Source of the DNA: Eledone cirrhosa
Lineage: Eukaryota
Assembly (NCBI GenBank): GCA_964016885.1
Contig: OZ024741.1
Location: 331,576,001-331,640,000 of the forward strand
Direction of reading: 5' to 3'
DNA: 64,000 bases
The position numbers and the translations under genes are program-made. This document shows positions 22,932-34,933 of the stretch, in pieces (positions within the stretch are counted from its first letter, which is position 1; each line of letters opens with the position of its first letter). The notes under the pieces were generated by a model that saw only the letters and a program-made list of their open reading frames with translations, had not been told where the DNA came from and searched no databases.

Positions 22932-23351
22932 CACACATATATATGTGTGTGTGTGTGTGTGTCTGTGTTGTCACTGGGTGTGTCCATGTGCATAAGATAG
23001 ATATGCATGTGGGTATACAAGTCTCTCTGTCACTGTCTCTTGCTCATCCTTTTCCTTCTTTTCTCTCTATATACACACATACACAAGAGAAAGTGACAGA
23101 GTGGGAGAGGAGGAGAGGAGGGAGAGGGACAAAGAGAGAGACAAAGCTGAGTGTATATACATGTCTGTGTGTGCCTGTGAATATCTATGTTTTGTGTAAT
23201 CTCACCATTCATTGAAGTATATTTGCATGTGTATATAGATGTATAGAATTTTGTACACATGTACAAGTAGATCTGAGTCTTTTCTCTGTATTTTTACATA
23301 CATATATACATATATGACGCACGTATGCATGCAAATCTCTCTCTCTCTTTC

Positions 23352-23382
<31 letters not shown>

Positions 23383-24131
23383 ATACATATATATGTGTGT
23401 GTGTGTGTGAGTGAGTGAGTACATATGTGTATACATTCACACATGTATATATGTGTATATACATATATATATATGTATATGTATATATATGTGTGTGTGT
23501 GTATATATATATATACCAATATACATATATTTATACACACATATACACATACGCACACAAACACACACACACACACACAAACAAACACACACACATATAT
23601 ATATATATATGTTTGTATATCAATCATACTATATAAGAGTAAGTGTATATTTATATTCGAATTTGAACATAGCAAGAGGATGTATTTGCATTGCATACTT
23701 CCTCTGGAGAACTTAAACACTTTATGCACATGCAACCGTTTCCTATTTATGCACGCACGCTTTACTAGGCTCCTTTGAAATGGAAGCAGAGTTCCTATTA
23801 ATCTCAAGAGCCATTGAAATAACAGTGAAAATCAAGTGATAGATATGTTATTTCTTTCTCCTCCACCCCTACTCGTGCCAAAAACAAGAGATACATCAGA
23901 ATGCTAGACTGTTTGTTGAAATCAATTTATCTACCTCGCCTTCACCACAAAAATATTCTATTAGTCCAATCACTTATGTTTCTGTTTCCATGCTATTATT
24001 CTAGTGGAAAGTCTACAGCTTCTGTTAACTGTTTAACCTTTTTGATCCCAACCTGCCCCAAACCGAAACCACCGCTGCTGGTTTTATGATATTAAGCCAT
24101 CCATTTTAAAGGGTTCCTATTTAAATTAAAA

Positions 24132-24446
24132 GGCGGTGAATGGACAACTTTGTGGTATTTGTTCCAGCTCTTTGCTCTCTCAGTTCAAATCCTACTGACA
24201 TCAACTTTACCTTTCATCCATTCAAGGTTGATAAAAAAAGTATCAGAGTAGTACTGGGGTCGATTCTTTCTCTATATCTCTTTCTCACTTTCTTTCTCTC
24301 ACTCTCTATCCTTTTCTGGAAGAAATCTGGTATATTTAGAATTGGAGAGGAAATGGGCTCTGTCAGGTTTTAAAATGCTCTGGAAATGCCATATGTAAAC
24401 ATGGCGCTCCTATGACTCTCTCGGGTATTACAGGACCATGCATACC
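24132..24446 (+). mobile_element. tRNA-derived SINE, long-tail subfamily, with 12-bp TSD
   Basis: TSD tttaaattaaaa at 24120-24131 and 24447-24458; inserted in a piggyBac-like fragment. Confidence 0.8.
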
Positions 24447-24514
24447 TTTAAATTAAAATCTTCCAATATAATTTTATGTAAGACCAATACTTTAGGTTAC
24501 TATATTAATAATGA

Positions 24515-24724
24515 TTTCTAGTATAGGCACAAGGCCAGCAATTTGGGGTGGGGGAGTCGATTAAATTGAACCCAGTGCATTACTGGTACTTTAGTTTATT
24601 GAACCCGTAAGGATGAAAGGCAAAGTTAATCTCGGCTGGATTTGAATTCAGAACGTAAAGATACATAACTACATCGCGAAGCAAGGTGTCCGACGCTCTA
24701 CTGATTCTGCCAATCCACCGCCCT
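24515..24724 (-). mobile_element. Full-length tRNA-derived SINE with 20-bp TSD
   Basis: TSD ggttactatattaataatga at 24495-24514 and 24725-24744. Confidence 0.9.
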
Positions 24725-24914
24725 GGTTACTATATTAATAATGAAATATTAATAATGAAATAATGAAATAATTATGTTGTGTTTTAAGCTGTGATCACGT
24801 TACAGCTATCTCAGTAGCTATGGGCATCACTAGATACAAAGGTTTCAGGATATTTTCTATCCCTCATCAGTGACATTTATTCACTCAGTATTGAAACATA
24901 TTGTATGTGCCTTC

Positions 24915-25410
24915 TTATTAATCTCTAGTGTCATCATCATGACGTTTTTCCATGCTCGCATGGGTTGGATGGGTTCTTTTCAGCACAGCACCTCTCCACT
25001 CATCACATTCCTTCTTCATCTCCTCTGTAAGTCTCAGCAATTTGACATCAACTCTCACCACCTCTGCCCAGCTCTTCCTTGGTCGACCTCTACTGCAGCT
25101 TCCTTCCACTGGGATTTCCTGACACTTGTCCACCCAACGATCATCATCCATGCACATCACATGTTTGTACCAATGCAGTCTTCTCTCTTGCACACCACTT
25201 CAGATTCCTCTTAAATTCAGTTTCATCCAAGCTCAGCCTTTCCTTCACATTTACATTGCACATCCAATGAAGAAATGCTGCTTCATTTCTCTCCAGCCTA
25301 TGCATATCCTTATGAAGTCACTGGCTATGTTTCGCTTCCATGCAACATCGCATTCCACACACAGGCGTCATACAGCTGTCATTTTGTTCTGAGGCAAAAG
25401 CCTTTTGTTG
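24915..25410 (-). mobile_element. RTE LINE 3' fragment
   Basis: QERRLHWYKHVMCMDDDRWVDKCQEIPVEGSCSRGRPRKSWAEVVRVDVK. Confidence 0.85.
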
Positions 25411-25425
25411 TCAACAATGAAAGTA

Positions 25426-25483
<58 letters not shown>

Positions 25484-25499
25484 CTGTGTGTGTGTGTGT

Positions 25500-25865
25500 A
25501 TCATCATCATCATCATCATCATTTTACGTCTGCTTTTCTCTGCTTGCAATGGTGGGACGGTTCCTATTCAGCACAACATCTCTCCATTCATCACGGTCCT
25601 TCGTCATCTCCTCCATGAACTTCAGCGATTTGAGATCATCTCTCACCGCTTCCACCCATGTTTTTCATAGTCTTCCTCTACTGCGTCTTCATTCTACTGG
25701 GATTTCTTGGCACTTCTTTACCCAGCGGTCATCCTCCATGCACATCACATGTCCACACCAATGCAGTCTTCTCTCCCACACACTACAACTTATCCCTCTT
25801 ATACACAATTTCTCTCTCAACTCATCTATGCTTGGTCATTCATGCACATTGACATTGTACATCCA
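25500..25865 (-). mobile_element. RTE LINE 3' fragment with (TGA)n tail
   Basis: Minus strand reads ERRLHWCGHVMCMEDDRWVKKCQEIPVE; tail ccgtcccaccattgcaagcagagaaaagcagacgtaaaa(tga)n. Confidence 0.85.
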
Positions 25866-26374
25866 TACACTAAGTTTATGAAAATTGTTGATATTAACTC
25901 AATGGTCTCCAACCAATGCCTTCCCCACTCAATAAATCTGCTAGATTGCAGTAATGCTAGTGGAACCAATAGATCAGAGCAAACACATTTTAGTTAATAG
26001 CAAGTATGGTGGCTGCGTTTTGGTAGAGATACATTAGATATCTCTCTCCAGGACGGATCCATTTCTGTGCTACATCCTTCACAGCTACAAATTATAAGTT
26101 TGCAGTGTTCAGAAAATTACGTATTATTAGCAGATTGTTACATAATCAGGCAAATTACACGTCTTCAGCAGGTGGCCAATGTCAATACTTTGGTCTGTTT
26201 GCTGTGCGTGGTAGTGCTTACCACTTCGATAATGAATCTAGCAGTTCATGTTAATCTTACACTTGACCTCTAATGAAAATAGAGAAAGACCTCTGTAGGA
26301 ACAAAAACACGAAATATGGTGGTTGAATTCAAACAGTGGAATTTGTGCCAAAATAGAACTCAACCAGTATATTG

Positions 26375-26417
<43 letters not shown>

Positions 26418-26886
26418 GAACTGGTCAAGTGTTGGGTTTCATCTAATCAATCAACCCTTCCTCCCAAATTTCTGACTGTGTCACATTATCAAGGGCAGGG
26501 AATTTGCAGAATCATTGGAATGTTGTACAAAATACCCTCTAGCATTACAGTATCATGATGCTTTATGTTCTAGTTTCAAATCCCACCAAAGTCAACTTTT
26601 CCATTCATTCTTCTAAGGTCGATAAAATAAAGTACCAGTCATGCACTAGGATAATTAAATATAGTCACCTATCTCTCTCTCTCCCTCCATGAATTACTTA
26701 TCTTGTGCCTTAATTAGAATTCAACCTCCTCTTCCTCACTACCACCACCACCACCATCAACACAACCACAACCACCATCACCATCACCATCACCACAAAC
26801 AACAACAGCCCCACCACCTCCACCACCTCCAGAACATCATCATCATTATTTATTAGTTTATTTATCTATTTGTGTATATTTGTCGT

Positions 26887-27320
26887 GCATGGCTTAGTGG
26901 TTAGAGCATTGGGCTTGCAATCGAAAGGTTGTGAGTTCAATTCTCGGACTGGGTGATCTGTTGTTTCCTTGAGCAAGACACTTTATTTCACATTGCTCCA
27001 GTTTACTCAGCTGTAGAAACGAGATGATAGGACTGGGGTCCCTATCATCCCACTGCAAAGTGGTCGTGGAGATGCCACATAAAAAAAAGCACTCAGCACT
27101 CACTGTAAAGTGGTCGTGTAGGCGCCGCGGAAAAAAAGCACCCAGCACTCACTGTAAATGAGGCTTGTGTTAGGAAGGGCATCCAGCTGTAGAAATCAAG
27201 CCAGAATCAGTTCCCGTATGAGCAAGACAAGGTCAGCCGACCGGACACTGCCCACAACAGGACAACCTGTCTAACCTATGCTAGTGTGGAAGAACGGATG
27301 TAAAACGGTGATGATGATGT
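26887..27320 (+). mobile_element. Full-length CORE-like SINE with internal ~50-bp tandem repeat and RTE-type tail
   Basis: A/B boxes, ccttgagcaagacacttt, repeated cactgtaaagtggtcgt..aaaaaagcacccagcact, tail ending (gat)n. Confidence 0.88.
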
Positions 27321-27473
27321 TGCATACACAGTGTAGTTGTTGACTAACAGGAAATAGAAAATATATTTCCCATCAGACCAGAAGTCTTCAAACAGTAAAA
27401 CCCTTTCCTTAAGGTATTTAGCAGTGTGGTGTGATGCAGAATTTTTTGTTTTGCAAAGTATTGATGCATCTTT

Positions 27474-27535
<62 letters not shown>

Positions 27536-27800
27536 TACATATATATATTGATGCATCTTTTGTATATATATATATATGTATATATAGGTTTAAGAATTCT
27601 GTCTAGTGCTACATCCATTATTAATATCACACATGCCCCCTATTCCACTACTCTATCCCAAAAGCTGCAACTTAACTTCCAAATATATACCAATTGTATT
27701 ATTTTTTTCCTTATTTCTTTTCAGAGACATTGTGATATTCAGCTATAGCAACAAACGTTAACTCAATGAAAACATTGCAATGATATTTAGAACAAACTTT

Positions 27801-30800
27801 GTCATGGTGGTGTTATTATAGTGGGGTTGTTATAGATGTGTTGTCATAGTGGTGTTATTATAATGGGTTGTTATAGTGGTGTTGTCATAGTGGTGTTGTT
27901 ATAGTGGGGTTGTTATAGTGGTGTTGTTATAGTTGTGTTGTTATAGTAGTGTTGTTATAGTGGTGTTGTCATAGTGGTGTTGTCATAGTGGTGTTGTTAT
28001 AGTGGTGTTGTCATAGTGGTGTTGTCATAGTGATGTTGTTATAGTGGTGTTGTTATAGTTGTGTTGTTATAGTAGTGTTGTTATAGTGGTGTTGTTATAG
28101 TGGTGTTGTTTAGTGGTGTTGTTAGTGGTGTTGTCATAGAGGTGTTGTTATAGTGGTGTTGTTATAGTAGTGTTGTTATAGTGGTGTTGTTATAGTGGTG
28201 TTGTCATAGTGGTGTTGTTAGTGGTGTTGTCATAGTGGTGTTGTTATAGTGGTGTTGTTATAGTGGTGTTGTCATAGTGGTGTTATTATAGTGGTGTTGT
28301 TAGTGGTGTTGTCATAGTGGTGTTGTTATAGTGGTGTTGTTATAGTGGTGTTGTTATAGTGGTGTTGTTAGTGGTGTTGTTATAGTGGTGTTGTCATAGT
28401 GGTGTTGTTATAGTGGTGATGTCATAGTGGTGTTGTTATAGTTGTGTTGTTATAGTAGTATTGTTATAGTGGTGTTGTTATAGTGGTGTTGTCATAGTGA
28501 TGTTGTTAGTGGTGTTGTTATAGTGGTGTTGTCATAGCGGTGTTGTTATAGTGGTGTTGTTATAGTGATGTTGTCATAGTAGTGTTGTTATAGTTGTGTT
28601 GTTATAGTAGTGTTGTTATAGTGGTGTTGTTATAGTGGTGTTGTTAGTGGTGTTGTTATAGTGGTGCTGTCATAGTGGTGTTGTTATAGTGGTGTTGTTA
28701 TAGTGGTGTTGTTAGTGGTGTTGTTATAGTGGTGTTGTCATAGTGGTGTTGTCATAGTGATGTTGTTATAGTGGTGTTGTTAGTAGTGTTGTTATAGTGG
28801 TGTTGTTATAGTGGTGTTGTCATAGTGGTGTTGTTAGTGGTGTTGTCATAGTGGTGTTGTTATAGTGGTGTTGTTATAGTAGTGTTGTTATAGTGGTGTT
28901 GTTATAGTGGTGTTGTCATAGTGGTGTTGTTAGTGGTGTTGTCATAGTGGTGTTGTTATAGTGGTGTTGTTATAGTGGTGATGTCATAGTGGTGTTGTTA
29001 TAGTGGTGTTGTTATAGTAGTATTGTTATAGTGGTGTTGTTATAGTGGTGTTGTCATAGTGATGTTGTTAGTGGTGTTGTCATAGTGGTGTTGTCATAGT
29101 GGTGATGTCATAGTGGTGTTGTTATAGTTGTGTTGTTATAGTAGTGTTGTTATAGTGGTGTTGTTATAGTGGTGTTGTTAGTGGTGTTGTTATAGTGGTG
29201 TTGTTATAGTGGTGTTATCATAGTGGTGTTGTTATAGTGGTGTTGTTATAGTGGTGTTGTCATAGTGGTGATGTCATAGTGGTGTTGTTATAGTTGTGTT
29301 GTTATAGTAGTGTTGTTATAGTGGTGTTGTTATAGTGGTGTTGTTAGTGGTGTTGTTATAGTGGTGCTGTCATAGTGGTGTTGTTATAGTGGTGTTGTTA
29401 TAGTGGTGTTGTTAGTGGTGTTGTTATAGTGGTGTTGTCATAGTGGTGTTGTCATAGTGATGTTGTTATAGTGGTGTTGTTAGTAGTGTTGTTATAGTTG
29501 TGTTGTTATAGTGGTGTTGTCATAGTGGTGTTGTTAGTGGTGTTGTTATAGTGGTGTTGTTATAGTGGTGTTGTTATTGTGGTGTTATTATAGTGGTGTT
29601 GTCATAGTGGTGGTGTTATTGTGGTATTGTTATAGTGGTGTTGTCATAGTGGTGTTGTCATAGTGGTGTTGTTAGTGGTGTTGTTATAGTGGTGTTGTCA
29701 TAGTGGTGTTGTCATAGTGGTGTTGTCATAGTGGTGTTGTCATAGTGGTGATGTCATAGTGGTGATGTCATAGTGGTGTTGTTATAGTAGTGTTGTTATA
29801 GTGGTGTTGTTATAGTGGTGTTGTTATAGTGGTGTTGTTATAGTGGTGCTGTCATAGTGGTGTTGTTATAGTGGTGTTGTTATAGTGGTGTAGTCATAGT
29901 GGTGTTGTTATAGTGGTGTTGTTATAGTGGTGCTGTCATAGTGGTGTTGTTATAGTGGTGTTGTTATAGTGGTGTTGTTAGTGGTGTTGTTATAGTGGTG
30001 TTGTCATAGTGGTGTTGTCATAGTGATGTTGTTATAGTGGTGTTGTTATAGTTGTGTTGTTATAGTAGTGTTGTTATAGTGGTGTTGTTATAGTGGTGTT
30101 GTCATAGTGGTGTTGTTAGTGGTGTTGTCATAGTGGTGTTGTTATAGTGGTGTTGTTATAGTAGTGTTGTTATAGTGGTGTTGTTATAGTGGTGTTGTCA
30201 TAGTGGTGTTGTTAGTGGTGTTGTCATAGTGGTGTTGTTATAGTGGTGTTGTTATAGTGGTGTTGTCATAGTGGTGTTATTATAGTGGTGTTGTTAGTGG
30301 TGTTGTCATAGTGGTGTTGTTATAGTGGTGTTGTTATAGTGGTGTTGTTATAGTGGTGTTGTTAGTGGTGTTGTTATAGTGGTGTTGTCATAGCGGTGTT
30401 GTTATAGTGGTGTTGTTATAGTGATGTTGTCATAGTGGTGTTGTTATAGTTGTGTTGTTATAGTAGTGTTGTTATAGTGGTGTTGTTATAGTGGTGTTGT
30501 TAGTGGTGTTGTTATAGTGGTGCTATCATAGTGGTGTTGTTATAGTGGTGTTGTTATAGTGGTGTTGTTATAGTGGTGTTGTTATAGTGGTGTTGTTATA
30601 GTGGTGTTGTCATAGTGGTGTTGTCATAGTGATGTTGTTATAGTGGTGTTGTTAGTAGTGTTGTTATAGTGGTGTTGTTATAGTGGTGTTGTCATAGTGG
30701 TGTTGTTAGTGGTGTTGTTATAGTGGTGTTGTTATAGTGGTGTTATTATAGTGGTGTTGTCATAGTGGTGGTGTTATTGTGGTATTGTTATAGTGGTGTT

Positions 30801-32330
30801 GTCATAGTGGTGTTGTCATAGTGGTGTTGTTAGTGGTGTTGTTATAGTCGTGTTGTCATAGTGGTGTTGTTATAGTGGTGTTGTCATAGTGGTGGTGTTA
30901 TTGTGGTATTGTTATAGTGGTGTTGTCATAGTGGTGTTGTCATAGTGGTGTTGTTAGTGGTGTTGTTATAGTGGTGTTGTCATAGTGGTGTTGTTATAGT
31001 GGTGTTGTCATAGTGGTGTTGTCATAGTGGTGTTGTCATAGTGGTGATGTCGTAGTGGTGTTGTTATAGTAGTGTTGTCATAGTGGTGGTGTTATTGTGG
31101 TATTGTTATAGTGGTGTTGTCATAGTGGTGTTGTCATAGTGGTGTTGTTAGTGGTGTTGTTATAGTGGTGTTGTCATAGTGGTGTTGTTATAGTGGTGTT
31201 GTCATAGTGGTGTTGTCATAGTGGTGTTGTCATAGTGGTGATGTCATAGTGGTGTTGTTATAGTAGTGTTGTTATAGTGGTGCTGTCATAGTGGTGTTGT
31301 TATAGTGGTGTTGTTAGTGGTGTTGTTATAGTGGTATTGTCTTAGTGGTGTTGTTATAGTGGTGTTGTTATAGTGGTGTTGTTATAGTGGTGTTGTTAGT
31401 AGTGTTGTTATAGTGGTGTTGTTATAGTGGTATTGTCTTAGTAGTGTTGTTAGTGGTGTTGTTATAGTGGTGTTGTTATAGTGGTATTGTCTTAGTAGTG
31501 TTGTTATAGTGATGTTGTTATAGTGGTTTTTGTTGTCATAGTGGTGTTGTCATAGTTGTGTTGTTATAGTGGTGTTGTTAGTAGTGTTGTTATAGTGGTG
31601 TTGTTATAGTGGTGTTGTCATAGTGGTGTTGTTAGTGGTGTTGTTATAGTGGTGTTGTTATAGTGGTATTGTCTTAGTAGTGTTGTTATAGTGATGTTGT
31701 TATAGTGGTTTTTGTTGTCATAGTGGTGTTGTCATAGTGGTGTTGTTATAGTGGTGTTGTTATAGTGGTGTTGTTATAGTGGTGTTGTCATAGTAGTGTT
31801 GTCATAGTAGTGTTGTTATAGTGGTGTTGTTATAGTGGTGTTGTTATAGTGATGTTGTTATAGTGGTGTTGTCATAGTGGTGTTGTCATAGTGGTGTTAT
31901 TATAGTGGTGTTGTTATAGTGGTGTTATCATAGTGGTGGTGTTATTGTGGTGTTATTATAGTGGTGTTGTCATAGTGGCGTTGTTAGTGGTGTTGTTATA
32001 GTGATGTTGTTATAGTGGTGTTGTCATAGTGGTGTTGTCATAGTGGTGTTATTATAGTGGTGTTGTTATAGTGGTGTTATCATAGTGGTGGTGTTATTGT
32101 GGTGTTATTATAGTGGTGTTGTCATAGTGGCGTTGTTAGTGGTGTTGTTATAATGATGTTGTTATAGTGGTGTTGTCATAGTGGTGTTGTCATAGTGGTG
32201 TTATTATAGTGGTGTTGTTATAGTGGTGTTATCATAGTGGTGGTGTTATTGTGGTGTTATTATTGTGGTGTTGTCATAGTGGTGGTGTTATTGAGGTGTT
32301 GTTATAGTGTCTTTGTCACAGTGGTGTTGT
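27801..32330. repeat. Satellite, 14-bp unit GTYATAGTGGTGTT with 12-bp GTTAGTGGTGTT variants
   Basis: About 4.5 kb of tandem units; unit length is not a multiple of 3; the ORF track lists no ORF here. Confidence 0.97.
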
Positions 32331-34260
32331 CAGTAGTGTTATCATACTGGTGTTGTCATAGTGGCATTATCATAGTGGTGTTGTCAGTAGTGTTATCATA
32401 GTGGTGTTGTCAGTAGTGTTATCATAGTGGTGTTGTCAGTAGTGTTATCATAGTGGTGTTGTCTTTGGTGTTCATAGTGGTGTTGTCAGTAGTGTTATCA
32501 TAGTGGTGTTGTCAGTAGTGTTATCATAGTGATGTTGTCTTTAGTGTTATCATAGTGATGTTGTCTTTAGTGTTATCATAGTGGTCTTGTCAGTAGTGTT
32601 ATCATAGTGGTGTTGTCTTTAGTGTTATCATAGTGGTGTTGTCTTTAGTGTTATCATAGTGGTCTTGTCAGTAGTGTTATCATAGTGGTCTTGTCAGTAG
32701 TGTTATCATACTGGTGTTGTCAGTAGTGTTATCATAGTGGTGTTGTCTTTAGTGTTATCATAGTGGTCTTGTCAGTAGTGTTATCATAGTGGTCTTGTCA
32801 GTAGTGTTATCATACTGGTGTTGTCAGTAGTGTTATCATAGTGGTGTTGTCTTTAGTGTTATCATAGTGGTGTTGTCTTTAGTGTTATCATAGTGGTCTT
32901 GTCAGTAGTGTTATCATAGTGGTCTTGTCAGTAGTGTTGTCATAGTGGTGTTGTCTTTAGTGTTATCATAGTGGTGTTGTCAGTAGTGTTATCATAGTGG
33001 TGTTGTCAGTAGTGTTATCATAGTGGTGTTGTCTTTAGTGTTATCATAGTGGTCTTGTCAGTAGTGTTATCATAGTGGTCTTGTCAGTAGTGTTATCATA
33101 GTGGTGTTGTCTTTAGTGTTATCATAGTGGTCTTGTCAGTAGTGTTATCATAGTGGTATTGTCAGTAGTGTTATCATAGTGGTGTTGTCTTTAGTGTTAT
33201 CATAGTGGTCTTGTCAGTAGTGTTATCATAGTGGTGTTGTCAGTAGTGTTATCATAGTGGTGTTGTCAGTAGTGTTATCATACTGGTGTTGTCAGTAGTG
33301 TTATCATAGTGGTCTTGTCAGTAGTGTTATCATAGTGGTGTTGTCAGTAGTGTTATCATAGTGGTCTTGTCAGTAGTGTTATCATAGTGGTGTTGTCAGT
33401 AGTGTTATCATAGTGGTCTTGTCAGTAGTGTTATCATACTGGTGTTGTCAGTAGTGTTATCATAGTGGTCTTGTCAGTAGTGTTATCATAGTGGTGTTGT
33501 CAGTAGTGTTATCATAGTGGTGTTGTCTTTAGTGTTATCATACTGGTCTTGTCAGTAGTGTTATCATAGTGGTGTTGTCTTTAGTGTTATCATAGTGGTG
33601 TTGTCTTTAGTGTTATCATAGTGGTGTTGTCAGTAGTGTTATCATAGTGGTCTTGTCAGTAGTGTTATCATAGTGGTGTTGTCTTTAGTGTTATCATAGT
33701 GGTGTTGTCTTTAGTGTTATCATAGTGGTGTTGTCAGTAGTGTTATCATAGTGGTGTTGTCTTTAGTGTTATCATAGTGGTGTTGTCAGTAGTGTTATCA
33801 TAGTGGTCTTGTCAGTAGTGTTATCATAGTGGTGTTGTCAGTAGTGTTATCATAGTGGTGTTGTCTTTAGTGTTATCATAGTGGTGTTGTCAGTAGTGTT
33901 ATCATAGTGGTGTTGTCTTTGGTGTTATCATAGTGGTGTTGTCAGTAGTGTTATCATAGTGGTGTTGTCAGTAGTGTTATCATAGTGGTGTTGTCTTTGG
34001 TGTTCATAGTGGTGTTGTCAGTAGTGTTATCATAGTGGTCTTGTCAGTAGTGTTATCATAGTGGTCTTGTCAGTAGTGTTATCATAGTGATGTTGTCTTT
34101 AGTGTTATCATAGTGGTGTTGTCAGTAGTGTTATCATAGTGGTGTTGTCAGTAGTGTTATCATAGTGGTGTTGTCTTTGGTGTTATCATAGTGGTCTTGT
34201 CAGTAGTGTTGTCATAGTGGTATTGTCAGTAGTGTTATCATAGTGGTCTTGTCATAGTGG
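32331..34260. repeat. Satellite, 26-bp dimer ATCATAGTGGTSTT + GTC(AG/TT)TAGTGTT
   Basis: Regular 14+12 alternation over about 1.9 kb. Confidence 0.95.
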
Positions 34261-34320
34261 TTAAACACCCTCACGGAACTTTCAAGATGTTCAAATCCCA
34301 CTGGAGTGAACTTTGATTTA

Positions 34321-34686
34321 CTGTATTTGTTGGCCTATTGGATGCACTTTGTTCCCCAAAAACATATAACAAATTTTCTCTGCATCCAATACACGCACAT
34401 CACAGATGGGAAACCAGATGGAGAGTGAGGACAATCATGGTAAAAAAAATTTAGTTTATATTAATATTATTATTACTATTACAATAACATTTATATAATA
34501 CAATTTATACAAGCAAAATAATGTCAAGCTTCTATAAGAGTTTCTGAGAAAACAATGAATAATTTTTAATAAAATTATGGAGAAATATACTAAAATTCTT
34601 TTTTTTTTTCAAAATAGGCATATTTTTTTGTTTCAAATCAGGTGGCATCTTATACGAAGGGGCATCCAATAGGCCAGCAAATACTG
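34321..34686. mobile_element. Tc1/mariner-superfamily (Tc2/pogo-like) MITE inserted into a SINE remnant
   Basis: 25-bp TIR ctgtatttgttggcctattggatgc / gcatccaataggccagcaaatactg (2 mismatches), TA on both sides; flanks rejoin as gttcaaatccc..gaactttg | ccttcctggggctgata..gtaccag. Confidence 0.8.
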
Positions 34687-34933
34687 TATACCTTCCTGGG
34701 GCTGATAACAATTATAAAATGTACCAGTTAAGCATTGGGTTAAAATATAATTATCTGCACTCTTTCCCCAAATTTGTGACCTTTGACCTCCTACCAACTC
34801 TAAACATCGCACAAATACTTATGTTATTGTTATTGTTGTTGCTATCTCTTTCTTTCTTTCTTTTCTTTTCGAGGGGAGGTTTATTTAGCTTTGGGCAGTT
34901 TGTACTTGCTAAATAATTTGTTAGATGTAAGAG

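Noticed and set aside
27700-27800. Strong + strand splice acceptor (tttttttccttatttcttttcag, 27724) as an upstream mucin exon
   Set aside because: All three frames stop within 13 codons and no convincing donor follows; could only be non-coding or terminal.
27801-34260. Telomeric or interstitial telomeric repeat
   Set aside because: G/T-rich with TTAG/TAG-TGG resemblance, but no TTAGGG or TTAGG units.
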